This document shows positions 18,847 through 29,500 of a stretch of DNA of 64,000 nucleotides, one piece after another. Source of the stretch: Candidatus Kapaibacterium sp. (GTDB lineage Bacteria > Bacteroidota > Ignavibacteria > Kapaibacteriales > UBA961). A model generated the notes under the pieces. That model ran no database searches and was not told the DNA's origin. It was given only the letters and a program-made list of their open reading frames with translations. Where the stretch lies: contig JAXLVN010000001.1 in assembly GCA_046328995.1 (NCBI GenBank), forward strand, positions 39,477 to 103,476. The letters run 5' to 3'. Numbering within the stretch: position 1 is the first letter of the stretch; every line of letters starts with the position of its first letter. The translations under genes and the position numbers were made by a program.

Positions 18847-19638
18847 TTACTTCCCGCTGAAATTCGGGCTTCTTTTTTCAATAAACGCATTCACGCCTTC
18901 ACTATAGTCGGCAGAGTCTCCGGCGCGTTGCTGATACACCACTTCCATTGCCAGCATTTCATCAAGGGTAGCTGTCATGCCATGGTGCAGCATTTTTTTG
19001 ACGAATCCATAGCTTTGGGTCGGACCCTGTGCGTACTGCAGGGCAATTGCCATCAACGATTCCTGAAATGCTTGGGGATGATAGACATAGTTCACAAGCC
19101 CGAGCTGTAGGGCTTCGTCTGAACCGATCGGCTTATTAAGAGTAGCAAATTCAAATGCCTTTGCATAGCCGAGCATTCGTGGGTAGAAATACGTCGCTCC
19201 GGAGTCGGGCACGAGAGCAATGCCAATGAATGCTTCGACGAGTCGTGCTGATGCACTCATAATGCGCATATCACATGCAAGGGCAAGTGAGAGACCGGCG
19301 CCTGCTGCCACGCCGTTGATACCGGCGATGACGGGCTTCGGGAGGTCACGGATGAAGCGGATAATGGGATTATACCGACGTTCAAGCGAGTCCTGAAGAC
19401 TGCGTTTACCGCCACCTTTGGGCGCGTCTTTCAGGTCTTGTCCGGAGCAGAAAGCGCGACCTGCACCGGTGAGGACGACGCACCGAACGTCATCATTCGT
19501 TGCTGCTTCCGAGAAGGCAGATTGTAATTCCAGCGTCAGGTCTTCGTTGCAGGCATTGAAGACATCCGGCCGGTTCATGGTAATTGTCAAAACGCCGCGA
19601 TCGAGCGTCGTCAGGAGAGTCGTGTACGTAGTATTCAT
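18847..19638 (-). CDS. Enoyl-CoA hydratase/isomerase (crotonase) family protein
   Basis: VLTGAGRAFCSGQDLKD oxyanion-hole region and overall crotonase-fold length (263 aa). Confidence 0.7.
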   Translation of the reverse strand: MNTTYTTLLTTLDRGVLTITMNRPDVFNACNEDLTLELQSAFSEAATNDDVRCVVLTGAGRAFCSGQDLKDAPKGGGKRSLQDSLERRYNPIIRFIRDLPKPVIAGINGVAAGAGLSLALACDMRIMSASARLVEAFIGIALVPDSGATYFYPRMLGYAKAFEFATLNKPIGSDEALQLGLVNYVYHPQAFQESLMAIALQYAQGPTQSYGFVKKMLHHGMTATLDEMLAMEVVYQQRAGDSADYSEGVNAFIEKRSPNFSGK

Positions 19639-19674
19639 GCGTAAGTGTTTTGAAAGTCAATAAAATAATAAGCG

Positions 19675-21729
19675 TTATTCGATTGGATTGCTTACCGTAA
19701 TTTCTACGGTACGGTTATACATTCTTCCTTCAGGGATTTCATTCGGATAGATTGACCCCTGCTCGCCGAGTCCTTGAATTGTTACCTTGCCGCTCGGCAC
19801 AAGATTCTTACCTACAGAGGCAGCCCTGTTTTCGGAGAGTGTTTTGTTGGACGACGTATTACCTTTTCTATCGGTCGATCCTTTAACAGCCACCCGAGAC
19901 GCAGAGGTAATGTCTTCACGAATGTATTTATCTAGTATCCGTAGTTGAGATGAGTTGAGTTTGTCGGAATTATAGTCAAACATTATCAACCGGTATTTGT
20001 TCACATCAAGGTTCCCCACGCGGTTGATTTTCTTTTTTTGAATGGTAAGGAGCTCAACAGGCATTGAATTAGAAGCATATCCCGTCGAATCAACTTCATC
20101 ATGAACTACAAAATTATAGTTTATTGGTGATTCATCCTTCGGTATATTTTTATATTTCTTCTGCGTAGTAAAGTCATAATAGGCCGGAGCAGCGCCGCCG
20201 CCTGACTGATTAACGAGTGGAAGTGAGGGTTGACGGGAGGTTAATTTCCAATCTGTAATAGTCAAATCTGCATCCACACCCATGCGATAGCGGATCGTGG
20301 GAGGGTTCGACTCACGCAGCGTGTCGCGCACGACGACAGGATCGGTAATTTCCGGCATGGATGATTCAATTTCAACACGACTGTTTTCCTGATGACCATC
20401 TTCGGCATCGATGGTAGCTTTTGAGTCGAGTGTGGGTAAGTTTTGAGCTTTTATAGTGATTCGATTGTCAGCTATGCCCCAGGTCTGCGTCAGGTAGCTC
20501 TTTACTGTCTCTGCTCTTTTCTTCGATAATGTGGTATTTCCTGCTTCACCGCGTACATTACTGTTGCATCCAATAAGCGTTATTGTCGCATTCGGATAGG
20601 TCAGTAAACGCCTGCCCAGAATATTAAGCAGATGATAATAGACCTCGAGATTCACCGTGGTGATATCATCGGTAGCTGCATTGGTGAAGAGAAACTGACG
20701 TTCAGGGACAAAGTCCGTCGTCTGATTTTTCCTGAGATTCTTGTACCTCACGGGCAGAGCACTTTCATTTTCATCAAAAAACACATACGGCAAGAGAGGA
20801 TATACCTGTTTGCTGAGGGTTTCTTCCACGGTAATCTTAGCGATATCGACCTCTGTGTTGTCGGCATTGAGCTGCTTTGCATGTACTGTAGCAAAGAGGC
20901 GGTGCTTCTTGGGCTGAAGACCTGCTTGAGAAGAGGCAACGGTAGAAGTAAATGCATAGGTCACTGCTACGCCTGCCCGCACTGCATTCATCGTCCATGT
21001 AGATTGTGCCTGACCTGCTGCGGAGAAATCGACCGGTGAACCAAATGGTAGTATATAACTGATTTCCGGGGAAATCTGCCAAGCATTCGAGAGGGAAATG
21101 TCATAATGCAATCCGGCTTCCGCTGCAAATAAAAGACCGGTCGCATTGGCGATATCACCCTCGGAACTGTTACGCTGATTCGTTTTTGTATCCGAATAGA
21201 CGGCACCCGAAGGCGACAAAAGCTGCTCGTACTGTTCGTATTTCGGGGAAAGCGACAGCAGTCCATGAAACGCTACATCCACGCTAAGCGGTGTGGCTTT
21301 GAGGGGATAATACGACAGCCGTGCCGTAATATCCACCATCGAAAGGTTTGCCTTGAGGTAATGTTCGGAAAATGCATCCACGACTTTGGCTGTGCTGCCC
21401 GAACCGGATAATGCATTGCCTATGAACTCTTGATCGCGGAAAATACCGGTAAAACTCGCATATCCTCCGCGGACCTGTAATGCGAGCTGCGTCGTAAGCG
21501 GGAGCTGATATAACAGTCCGAAATAAGGCGTAGTGCCATTGGCTTTGGTATATTGCGGGCAGCAACTGACAGTACCCGGTAAGGAGGCAAAGTCTGCAGT
21601 GTGACTGTTGAACTGTGCACCGCCAAATATTCCAAATCGGGAAGGCGATGCCTCGCTCACCGATTGCTGTGCGTTGAGTACTAGTACGCTTGAGAAGAAT
21701 GTCAAAAGGACAATTAGGTTGTTTTTCAT
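19675..21729 (-). CDS. Outer-membrane protein with N-terminal beta-barrel and two OmpA-like peptidoglycan-binding domains
   Basis: Signal peptide MKNNLIVLLTFFSSVLVLNAQ; OmpA-like segments ATITLIGCNSNVRGEAGNTTLSKKRAETVKSYL and RVAVKGSTDRKGNTSSNKTLSENRAASVGKNL; paralogous to 33989-36166 and 36177-37475. Confidence 0.6.
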   Translation of the reverse strand: MKNNLIVLLTFFSSVLVLNAQQSVSEASPSRFGIFGGAQFNSHTADFASLPGTVSCCPQYTKANGTTPYFGLLYQLPLTTQLALQVRGGYASFTGIFRDQEFIGNALSGSGSTAKVVDAFSEHYLKANLSMVDITARLSYYPLKATPLSVDVAFHGLLSLSPKYEQYEQLLSPSGAVYSDTKTNQRNSSEGDIANATGLLFAAEAGLHYDISLSNAWQISPEISYILPFGSPVDFSAAGQAQSTWTMNAVRAGVAVTYAFTSTVASSQAGLQPKKHRLFATVHAKQLNADNTEVDIAKITVEETLSKQVYPLLPYVFFDENESALPVRYKNLRKNQTTDFVPERQFLFTNAATDDITTVNLEVYYHLLNILGRRLLTYPNATITLIGCNSNVRGEAGNTTLSKKRAETVKSYLTQTWGIADNRITIKAQNLPTLDSKATIDAEDGHQENSRVEIESSMPEITDPVVVRDTLRESNPPTIRYRMGVDADLTITDWKLTSRQPSLPLVNQSGGGAAPAYYDFTTQKKYKNIPKDESPINYNFVVHDEVDSTGYASNSMPVELLTIQKKKINRVGNLDVNKYRLIMFDYNSDKLNSSQLRILDKYIREDITSASRVAVKGSTDRKGNTSSNKTLSENRAASVGKNLVPSGKVTIQGLGEQGSIYPNEIPEGRMYNRTVEITVSNPIE

Positions 21730-21744
21730 AGGGATAAGGTTAAA

Positions 21745-24700
21745 TTATTTTACAATGACTAATTGTTCGGTCGATACGCCTGCAGCCGTCCGCAGCACTA
21801 TATGATACACACCGCTTTCACGGTTCACTATCACCGGATAGGTGGCAATTTCCTCACCGAGAGCGTCTGATTGTTGCCAGATTGTCGAGTATAATTCATC
21901 GCCTAACGCAGAATATACCGACATCCGCACTTCCTCTCCGCCAAAACGCCGCACCGAAATATTCGATAATCCTGTCGTAGGATTGGGTACCATCGCCAAA
22001 ACCTTCGCACCTTGATTGAACGTCAGCAAACGCTTGCTGCCGGTTGGCAGGAGGCACAGTGAATCGAGCGTCAAGAGACCGTTGCTCGTGTCGGGCGATG
22101 CGATACCCGAACCGCACACCCATTCGATATCACTCATAATCAGATCCGTGAATCCGGGGTCGCCGATGAGCGCCGCGCCGGTGATGTTGAGTAAGACATC
22201 GCCTTGGGAAAGCTGCGTGATGGGCGAACACCGAATCGTCAACTTACGAACGATGACACCATTAGAAGTTTCAGTGGAATTTGATATAATAGAAGCACTT
22301 ACACTACTGACCGAACCCTGAGTAATGGTCGGATTCGGGTCAAATAAATTCTCATTATAGCTGAGGGTAAATTGCATTTCCCGGGGTAAACACTGGAGAT
22401 TCGGAGTAAATTCACCAACCACAACCGGTATGGACAATTTCTTATTACGTGGATCAGAGATGAGAGACGGTATGGTAAACGACGCTGAGGGTGCTTCGTC
22501 CTTGCCGACAGTAATCGACGTCATGATGGTCGTCGCGCAGCCGGTGACTTTGTCGGTCACGGTGAGACTATACTGTGACGATGCCTTCGGAGTCACCACA
22601 GGATTGGCAATGGTGGTATCGTTGAAGTTTTGCGCAGGCGAACCGTCCGCAGACGTCCATTTATAGATAAAATCACTCGGATTGCCGGTGACATTCGCCG
22701 TGAGCTGCACGGACTCGCACTCGCAAATCGTTGGTGGAGTGACAGTTACCACAGGGCAAGGATTGACAATCACCGTCGTAGAGTCACTGCTTTCACAGCC
22801 GTTTGCATCGATAATGCGCACACCGAAGGTCGTCGTCGTTGAGAGTGTATTGAGGATCATTACACTCGAATCGACGCCGTTTTCGCGCTGCAGCTCAATT
22901 CCATTCGATGACCAGATGAAGGAATACGGCGCTCTGCCGCGCGTACCGCGAGCCAGGATTTGATTGCCAAATACCGTGCATTCGCAGAGTACACTCGGAT
23001 TAGGAGTAATAACTGACTTCGGATTCTCAAGAGCGACAATCGTAACGGTGCCGGTCGTCGATTTGCTTTGCGCGCCGCCGTCCTGATCTTTCACGGTGAG
23101 GGAGAGGGTATACGTGCCTGCTGACGTTGGGGTAAAGACCGCTTCGGGTTTTTTGGAGTCATTGTGAACCAAAAACGGATTACTTGCCCACGAATACACA
23201 AATTTCTCACCACAAGTCGATGGTTTACCAAGGGTAATACTTGCGCCGGTACAAATTGTATCAGCGTCACCCGGGAAGACATTCGGCACCGGATCGACGC
23301 ATACATCAATAGTATGGAATGCTGTACATCCATTGGCATCGGTCACGGTAGCGGTAAAGGTCGTCGATTCGAGCGGTCGAGCAAAGACCTTTACTCCTTT
23401 TTTCGGGAAATCATTCACCGGCAGACTCGATGTCCACTCGACATCAAGTGGTGGCTGACCGCCAACGACCCCAGCCGAGAGCTCGACAGAGTCAATTCCA
23501 CGGCAAATTTTCTGCGGACACGGCTTGCTCGATGTCGTTGATATCTTCAACGATTGAGATGTTTTGACGGTCACCGTTCCCGTTGCCGGACAGCCGAATT
23601 TATCCCGAACATTCACTGTGTACGTATAGGTTGCATTACTGTCGGGTAAACTAAGCGTAGGATTCGAAATATTTTTCCCGCTCAGTCCAGAGGCAGGGCT
23701 CCAATCATAGACCATTGCGTCAAGGGGCACGCCGCTGATGTTGACACCGATCGTCTGCGGTTTGGCGACGTCGCAGACAATAACCGTTGCATTTTCTACC
23801 GTTGGACAGGGGACGACGGTCACGACAACGGTATCGAAGGCAACTCGCGCCTGACCGTCGGTTACTTTCAGAATGTAGGTCGTCGTTGAAGTTGGCTTGG
23901 CAGTTGTTCGTGCTGTCGTTGTTGACGTAGGATTAGAGAGTCCGGTCGTCGGAGTCCATTCATATGTATAGGGTTGCACGCCGCATTTTGCTTCGCCGCC
24001 AAGCTGCGCGACGGAGGTGGCATCGCAGGCGCAGATGATTTGATCCGCACTTGGCGGGGCATCGGGTACGGGGCGAACTTCGACGATGAGAGTATAGTCA
24101 AACGAACATTTTTTATTTGGGTTGTTGTCAGTGACGGTAAGTACATAACTTGTCGTAATGTCGGGCTTTACCTGTGTTTCGAGGGTCGTCTGCGAACCAG
24201 TTATCGTGCTCGTGCCGCCGCCTGCTTCTTTCCAGGAGAAGCTATAGGGTGGCACACCTCCGGCGATGGTAATTTTATCACCAATAGTCGTCGGCGGACG
24301 ATTAGGTTCGAGACAGCTAACGATAGGATTATCGGCAGCATTGGCGAAGCTTGGCTTGGGAACGACGGTATAAGTAATTGTAGCAGAATCTTGGCATCCG
24401 TTGGCATCGGTCACGGTGAGCTTGTAGGTGTACGTGCCATCGTTGAGAGTAGAAACGACAAGGGTATTCGCCGTTCGACCGCTGAGGATGAGGGAATCTG
24501 AGGATGAATTGAGTGCAAGCCATTGGAAGGTATACGGTGCTTTGCCGTTGGTAATGGTCGGTTTGAGGTTCGACACCTCACCCGAACACCCAAAAACCGT
24601 CGGGAGTTTCGCAATCGATGGAGGAGTAAAGTAATTGACAGTACATGTCTTAGACGCGATACAACCGCTCGCATCCGTGATAGAAAGGCGATAGGAAAAC

Positions 24701-26523
24701 AGTCCGGCAACATCATGTTTGACGACAAGAGAGTCGGTCGCTTTCGATCCTATAACGCCGTCAGCCCCAACGGCAGACCAAGCGTAGGTATAAGGTGCAT
24801 TCCCACCGGAGACGAGAGAGCGTACTTTCAGCACCGAACTCGGGCAACCGGCTACGGAGTCGATAGTTATCGCGATATTCGTGCGTACGTTGACAATGCT
24901 TTCAACCGTGTCAAACGCGCAGCCGTTCTTTTTTTCGAGAATTAAATTCACGCGGAAGCTGCCCGTATCGGGAAACGATTTGAAGACCGTGACATTCGTC
25001 GCATTACTGATGACCTGACCGTCATGAAAAATCCATTTCCATGAAAGGACGGCGGCTGAGTCCGTTGAAAATCCCCGAAACGCCACCTGACCTCCCGGAC
25101 AGACCACCGTATCGTTCTTCGTGCCGTTGATGAATACCTGTTGATTGATATTATTAATACTTGCGCCGGCGATCATGCCGTAGGAATCCACCTGAGCAAG
25201 TCCGTAAATCGTCGCTGTAAAGCTCCCGCCCGGCGGAGAAACGAGAGTGTGATTACCGGGACTCACGCGGAAAGTAGCAACGGTATAATTCACTCCGTCG
25301 ATCGTGAAATTTGCTGAATTTACCGGAACCCTGGTAGATAGATTCGTGCCGTCAAGCTGTGTAGTTGCAAATTGTGAGGTCGGCGCGACGATACCGGTAT
25401 AGAGGTTCTGCGCCCAGCCGGATTGAGTATTTGGCACAAATGCATTGAACGTAATCCGGTCGATGCGCTGCTCAATCGGGGGGATAAGCATCAGAAACGG
25501 ATCACCGACCCCTGCTGTATAGCCAAAGGTCGAAGACATCGAATATATTGCCACCGATACCGGCTGCGAAGCGCTTAACGACAAGGCAGACGTGACGTTG
25601 GGAAGTTCTAAAAAATTCGCATTGGCTGCAATAGTCAATGTCCCCGGAGCGATAGAAGTGGTAATCGTCGTAGGAATAGCAGTATTAGCAGGAATAATCC
25701 GCACGAGCATTTTGGAAGCCGTGGCAAGAAAGGGAAGGATGAAGTTTTTTCCCCAACTGCTGATGGGCATCATTTGTTCGTATAAATGATCAAAACCCGA
25801 ACTTGCGGAATTATTCGGCAAATTCGTGCGCATGGTGCCCGAGAAGACCGCGACTTTGCCGCAGGAGCCGCCACCCGAACCTATCACTCTGATTTTAGAA
25901 CCGGTTAAGTCGCCGTTCGACTGTGCAAAATACACCTGACCTGCATGTAACGTAATTGTGAATGGTACTCCGGTTGGTCGTGGTGTTCCTAGTAATATCG
26001 GCGCAGTAGGAGTGATTTCCACCACAGTGCTAGTGGCGATACTGACGATGGAGAATTGACTGCCGTCACGGTATTGCGTATTATTGGGTGACGAAAACAC
26101 CCGGTATTCATCATCAAGTGTGGCAATAGGTATGATAATCGCTGCATCGGTGCTCGCGGTCAGTGTGTTGAACGCATAGACCGAAATCGGCTTGGTAGCA
26201 CTGATTCTAATCGACTTATTGGTAATAGAATTACTCTCTAATTTCTGCGGAATCACCGGTATGGTATTACCCATGAGAGTTGTCAGATTGACAAAATCAG
26301 CGGTATTTGCCGATAGACTCCTCGTGACGACTGCACCGGTAGGCAATGTAATGGTCACAAACGATGCCTCGTCCGATGAAAAATAGAGCGCAAGCTGACT
26401 CGGTGTGCTGCTGTTCGGCAGGAATGACATGATAAAGTCAGTCCCTTTAGTTGAGAATTTTTGCGCAGAAAGTGAAGACCATCCGAACAAAAATAGTATG
26501 CACAATGCTACTGTTTTTTTCAT
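21745..26523 (-). CDS. Giant SprB-repeat/Ig-like adhesin-like surface protein with T9SS C-terminal sorting domain (1592 aa)
   Basis: Signal peptide MKKTVALCILFLFGWSSLSAQ; many repeats with GGxAPYTYxW and TDANGC/TDASGC (SprB-repeat-like); C-terminal ~90 aa T9SS CTD (…VYHIVLRTAAGVSTEQLVIVK). Confidence 0.6.
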   Translation of the reverse strand: MKKTVALCILFLFGWSSLSAQKFSTKGTDFIMSFLPNSSTPSQLALYFSSDEASFVTITLPTGAVVTRSLSANTADFVNLTTLMGNTIPVIPQKLESNSITNKSIRISATKPISVYAFNTLTASTDAAIIIPIATLDDEYRVFSSPNNTQYRDGSQFSIVSIATSTVVEITPTAPILLGTPRPTGVPFTITLHAGQVYFAQSNGDLTGSKIRVIGSGGGSCGKVAVFSGTMRTNLPNNSASSGFDHLYEQMMPISSWGKNFILPFLATASKMLVRIIPANTAIPTTITTSIAPGTLTIAANANFLELPNVTSALSLSASQPVSVAIYSMSSTFGYTAGVGDPFLMLIPPIEQRIDRITFNAFVPNTQSGWAQNLYTGIVAPTSQFATTQLDGTNLSTRVPVNSANFTIDGVNYTVATFRVSPGNHTLVSPPGGSFTATIYGLAQVDSYGMIAGASINNINQQVFINGTKNDTVVCPGGQVAFRGFSTDSAAVLSWKWIFHDGQVISNATNVTVFKSFPDTGSFRVNLILEKKNGCAFDTVESIVNVRTNIAITIDSVAGCPSSVLKVRSLVSGGNAPYTYAWSAVGADGVIGSKATDSLVVKHDVAGLFSYRLSITDASGCIASKTCTVNYFTPPSIAKLPTVFGCSGEVSNLKPTITNGKAPYTFQWLALNSSSDSLILSGRTANTLVVSTLNDGTYTYKLTVTDANGCQDSATITYTVVPKPSFANAADNPIVSCLEPNRPPTTIGDKITIAGGVPPYSFSWKEAGGGTSTITGSQTTLETQVKPDITTSYVLTVTDNNPNKKCSFDYTLIVEVRPVPDAPPSADQIICACDATSVAQLGGEAKCGVQPYTYEWTPTTGLSNPTSTTTARTTAKPTSTTTYILKVTDGQARVAFDTVVVTVVPCPTVENATVIVCDVAKPQTIGVNISGVPLDAMVYDWSPASGLSGKNISNPTLSLPDSNATYTYTVNVRDKFGCPATGTVTVKTSQSLKISTTSSKPCPQKICRGIDSVELSAGVVGGQPPLDVEWTSSLPVNDFPKKGVKVFARPLESTTFTATVTDANGCTAFHTIDVCVDPVPNVFPGDADTICTGASITLGKPSTCGEKFVYSWASNPFLVHNDSKKPEAVFTPTSAGTYTLSLTVKDQDGGAQSKSTTGTVTIVALENPKSVITPNPSVLCECTVFGNQILARGTRGRAPYSFIWSSNGIELQRENGVDSSVMILNTLSTTTTFGVRIIDANGCESSDSTTVIVNPCPVVTVTPPTICECESVQLTANVTGNPSDFIYKWTSADGSPAQNFNDTTIANPVVTPKASSQYSLTVTDKVTGCATTIMTSITVGKDEAPSASFTIPSLISDPRNKKLSIPVVVGEFTPNLQCLPREMQFTLSYNENLFDPNPTITQGSVSSVSASIISNSTETSNGVIVRKLTIRCSPITQLSQGDVLLNITGAALIGDPGFTDLIMSDIEWVCGSGIASPDTSNGLLTLDSLCLLPTGSKRLLTFNQGAKVLAMVPNPTTGLSNISVRRFGGEEVRMSVYSALGDELYSTIWQQSDALGEEIATYPVIVNRESGVYHIVLRTAAGVSTEQLVIVK

Positions 26524-26547
26524 AGAACTACATATAAAATAAAAAAA

Positions 26548-29500
26548 TTACTTTACTATTGACAATTTATGTGTGGTTACGTTATACCCCGTTTTCATCA
26601 CCAGATAATACGTTCCGTTTTCAATCGAAGAATTATCGAATTTCAGTATATGATCGCCTGACGGAAGGAACGGATACACGACTTCATCATGTACTCTGCC
26701 GAAAATATCGAGCAGGGTCACTGTACATGCACCTGCAATGCCGATCGAGAGGGAGACGGTGGTCGTTCCGCCACTCGGATTCGGCGCTACCTGTTTTATG
26801 ACATCGGGGGTTGCAAAGCGAATCAATTGTGATGTGCCGCCATCTTTACAGACTTTGATATACACAATACTATCGCGGCAGGCGGGGAACACCTTGCCAT
26901 TGGCATCGGTCCAGATGAATGCCGTCGAGTCGTTGAAGATCAGACTCGTCGAGTCAACATCTGCAAGCTTGACGAGAAACATCAGCGTATCGAGCCGTGG
27001 GTTACCCTGAAAACGGCGCTTTTCCTGCACGTTGAGCGACCAGTAATTGGTGCGTTTGGAGTCCTCGTCATTATACTGTCTGCTGCGCGGCAGCCATTGG
27101 AGCACACGGGAGTCATATTGCATATTTGCGATAAATTTTGTGGCTTTGCTTGCCTGTGGCTGCTCGTCTTTTATCCGTAAATAGACCTGCAGGGTGTCGC
27201 CCGGACTCACCGACAGGGCATTCGGTACCAGTTCAATTTCGGTGATGACCCCGTCCGAAGGGAGGGCAATTCCTTCACCGCTGATGCTGCCTCGTATAAT
27301 TTCCCGGCCGGAATACACGAGGATATCATCGGTAAAGACACCGATTGCTGATGGCGTGAAGTCGATGTTAAAGCTAACCGTTACGCCGGGCGGTATCAGT
27401 CGCGGAAGTGCGTTTTTCTTGAGCGAAAAGACGGTATTTTTGACGATAATAGAGTCGATGATGCGGTCTATGGTACCATCGTTGAGCACTTTGATGGAAT
27501 TGCGAAGCGGGGCATTTCGACCGATGATATTGCTGACGACCTGCTGACCGAAATTCAAGTCAAACACGACGATTTTGGAGGTGTTGACCACTTTGACAAA
27601 CGTAAATGCCGGAGAAGTAGCTGAGCAACCGTTGATCGTACCGCGCACGGAGTATGTACCGTCCGCAGGCGGCGCATACTTCTGCGACGTTGCACCCGTG
27701 ATCGGCGTTCCGTCACTTGCCAGCCATTGATATGTGTCGGCCGGCGTTGCTATAAGTTCATTGCCCGCTTGTGATATAGCAATGCTTGGCGTGGGGTTTA
27801 CGGTGATTTTGATACTGTCGGAACTGCCGACACATCCGTTACTGTCGATGGAACAGAAATACACACCGCTTGTTTTGACCCACAATGTCGCACCAATCGA
27901 GCCGGTTGACCATAGCGGTGCGCCGGAATACGTAGCTTCATTCAGCACCTCGATAAGCGCGCTGTCCCCCTGACAAATGGTCGTACCACCCTTGGCGAGC
28001 AGCTTCGGCGTTGGTCGGTTTTTAATGAATATATCCACGAGAGCGGTATCTCTTTGAGATTTACTGTCTGTGACAATTACTCTGTAGGTGACGGTCGAAG
28101 AAGGAGATACGCTGATGGTAGAATCCGTCGGTGTACCACCGTTGCGAATGTCGGATGGTGTAATGACAGAACCGTCTTTATTCCTCCATGCGAATTGAAA
28201 CGGGGGAGTACCACCGGTTACTTTCACCGTGAGAAGAGTATCGGTAAACCGGCACATAGAGACGCTAGGTGAAGTAAACGAAGCACGAACGCCCGGCTTG
28301 GAGGCAATACCTTCGCCGCGCATGGTCGAAACGATTGTATCGCCGGCTATCGTAACCCATTTCATGGTATCGGCATACACTGATACCGCCGTCGGTATAA
28401 AAGAGATATTGATAAGGGTATCTTTGCCGGCCGGGATCACACGCTTCGCAGTATCCTGTGTGGAAAACGGATCGCCTTGGGTGTTTTGAAGTAATGTCAG
28501 TGCCAGCGGAACTTTACCCGTATTGGTAAGGGTGATATCTTTGGCGTTGTTTGTATTTGTATCAGTTTTCCCAAAATCAAGGGTCGTTGAGATTCCTTTG
28601 GGAATGGATATGGCGAAGAGAGCGTCAGAAGTATCCGACGTCGCGGTGGTGACCTTCGTAAATAGTTGTATGATTCCATTATGTGCTACACCGTTAAAAG
28701 AATTGAACAGACCATATACAATTACTCCGTAATCGTTATTGAGTACTGAGCCTAAAGTATTTGCATTAAAACCTGATCCTTTTGTGAATTCCGGATCGTA
28801 TTTGCCGTCAGGAAATACCCGCACGAAATTCGACACGGGAGAATTGTCATACGAAGTAAAGCTACCGGAAATATAAATTTTACCATCATTTTGTGATGTA
28901 GTACCGTACGCTTTGTTTGATGCATTATCAAAGAGTGAAACGAACGAAGAATCGACAGAACCGTCGGATAGTAAGCGAACGATGTTGATACTCTTAAATC
29001 CATCGTAACCGAATATACCACCACTGTACAGAATTTTCTTATCAGATTGGAGGCTAGCGTATTGAATCCATCCATCAAAACCGGATTTAGTTTTGTAGGT
29101 TGTATCATTGACTCCGTTCGGCAGAAGTTTAAACCCGTTTTTAAATGCACTTCCATTATAGGAAACTCTATTTCCTGCCAGATAGATGAAGTCATCATCG
29201 ATAATCGATGCGTCAACAGTAGAACTAAATCCTGAGCCGGATTGAAATGTATTGTCCAAAGTTCCATCCGGTAAGAGACGGGCTATCCGATTCGCTGTCT
29301 TCGTTCCAAATTTTGTAAACTGACCGATGATAACAATTTTACCGTCAGATTGGAGGCCCATTGAATTGATCTGTTCATCGACACCTTCATTAACGGCAAA
29401 AGTTGGATCGAGTGAACCGTCAAGATTAAGGCGTACCAAACCATGGACGCTTGTTGAATTATAGGTAGTAAAATTACCGGCAACCAAGAGCTTGCCGTCT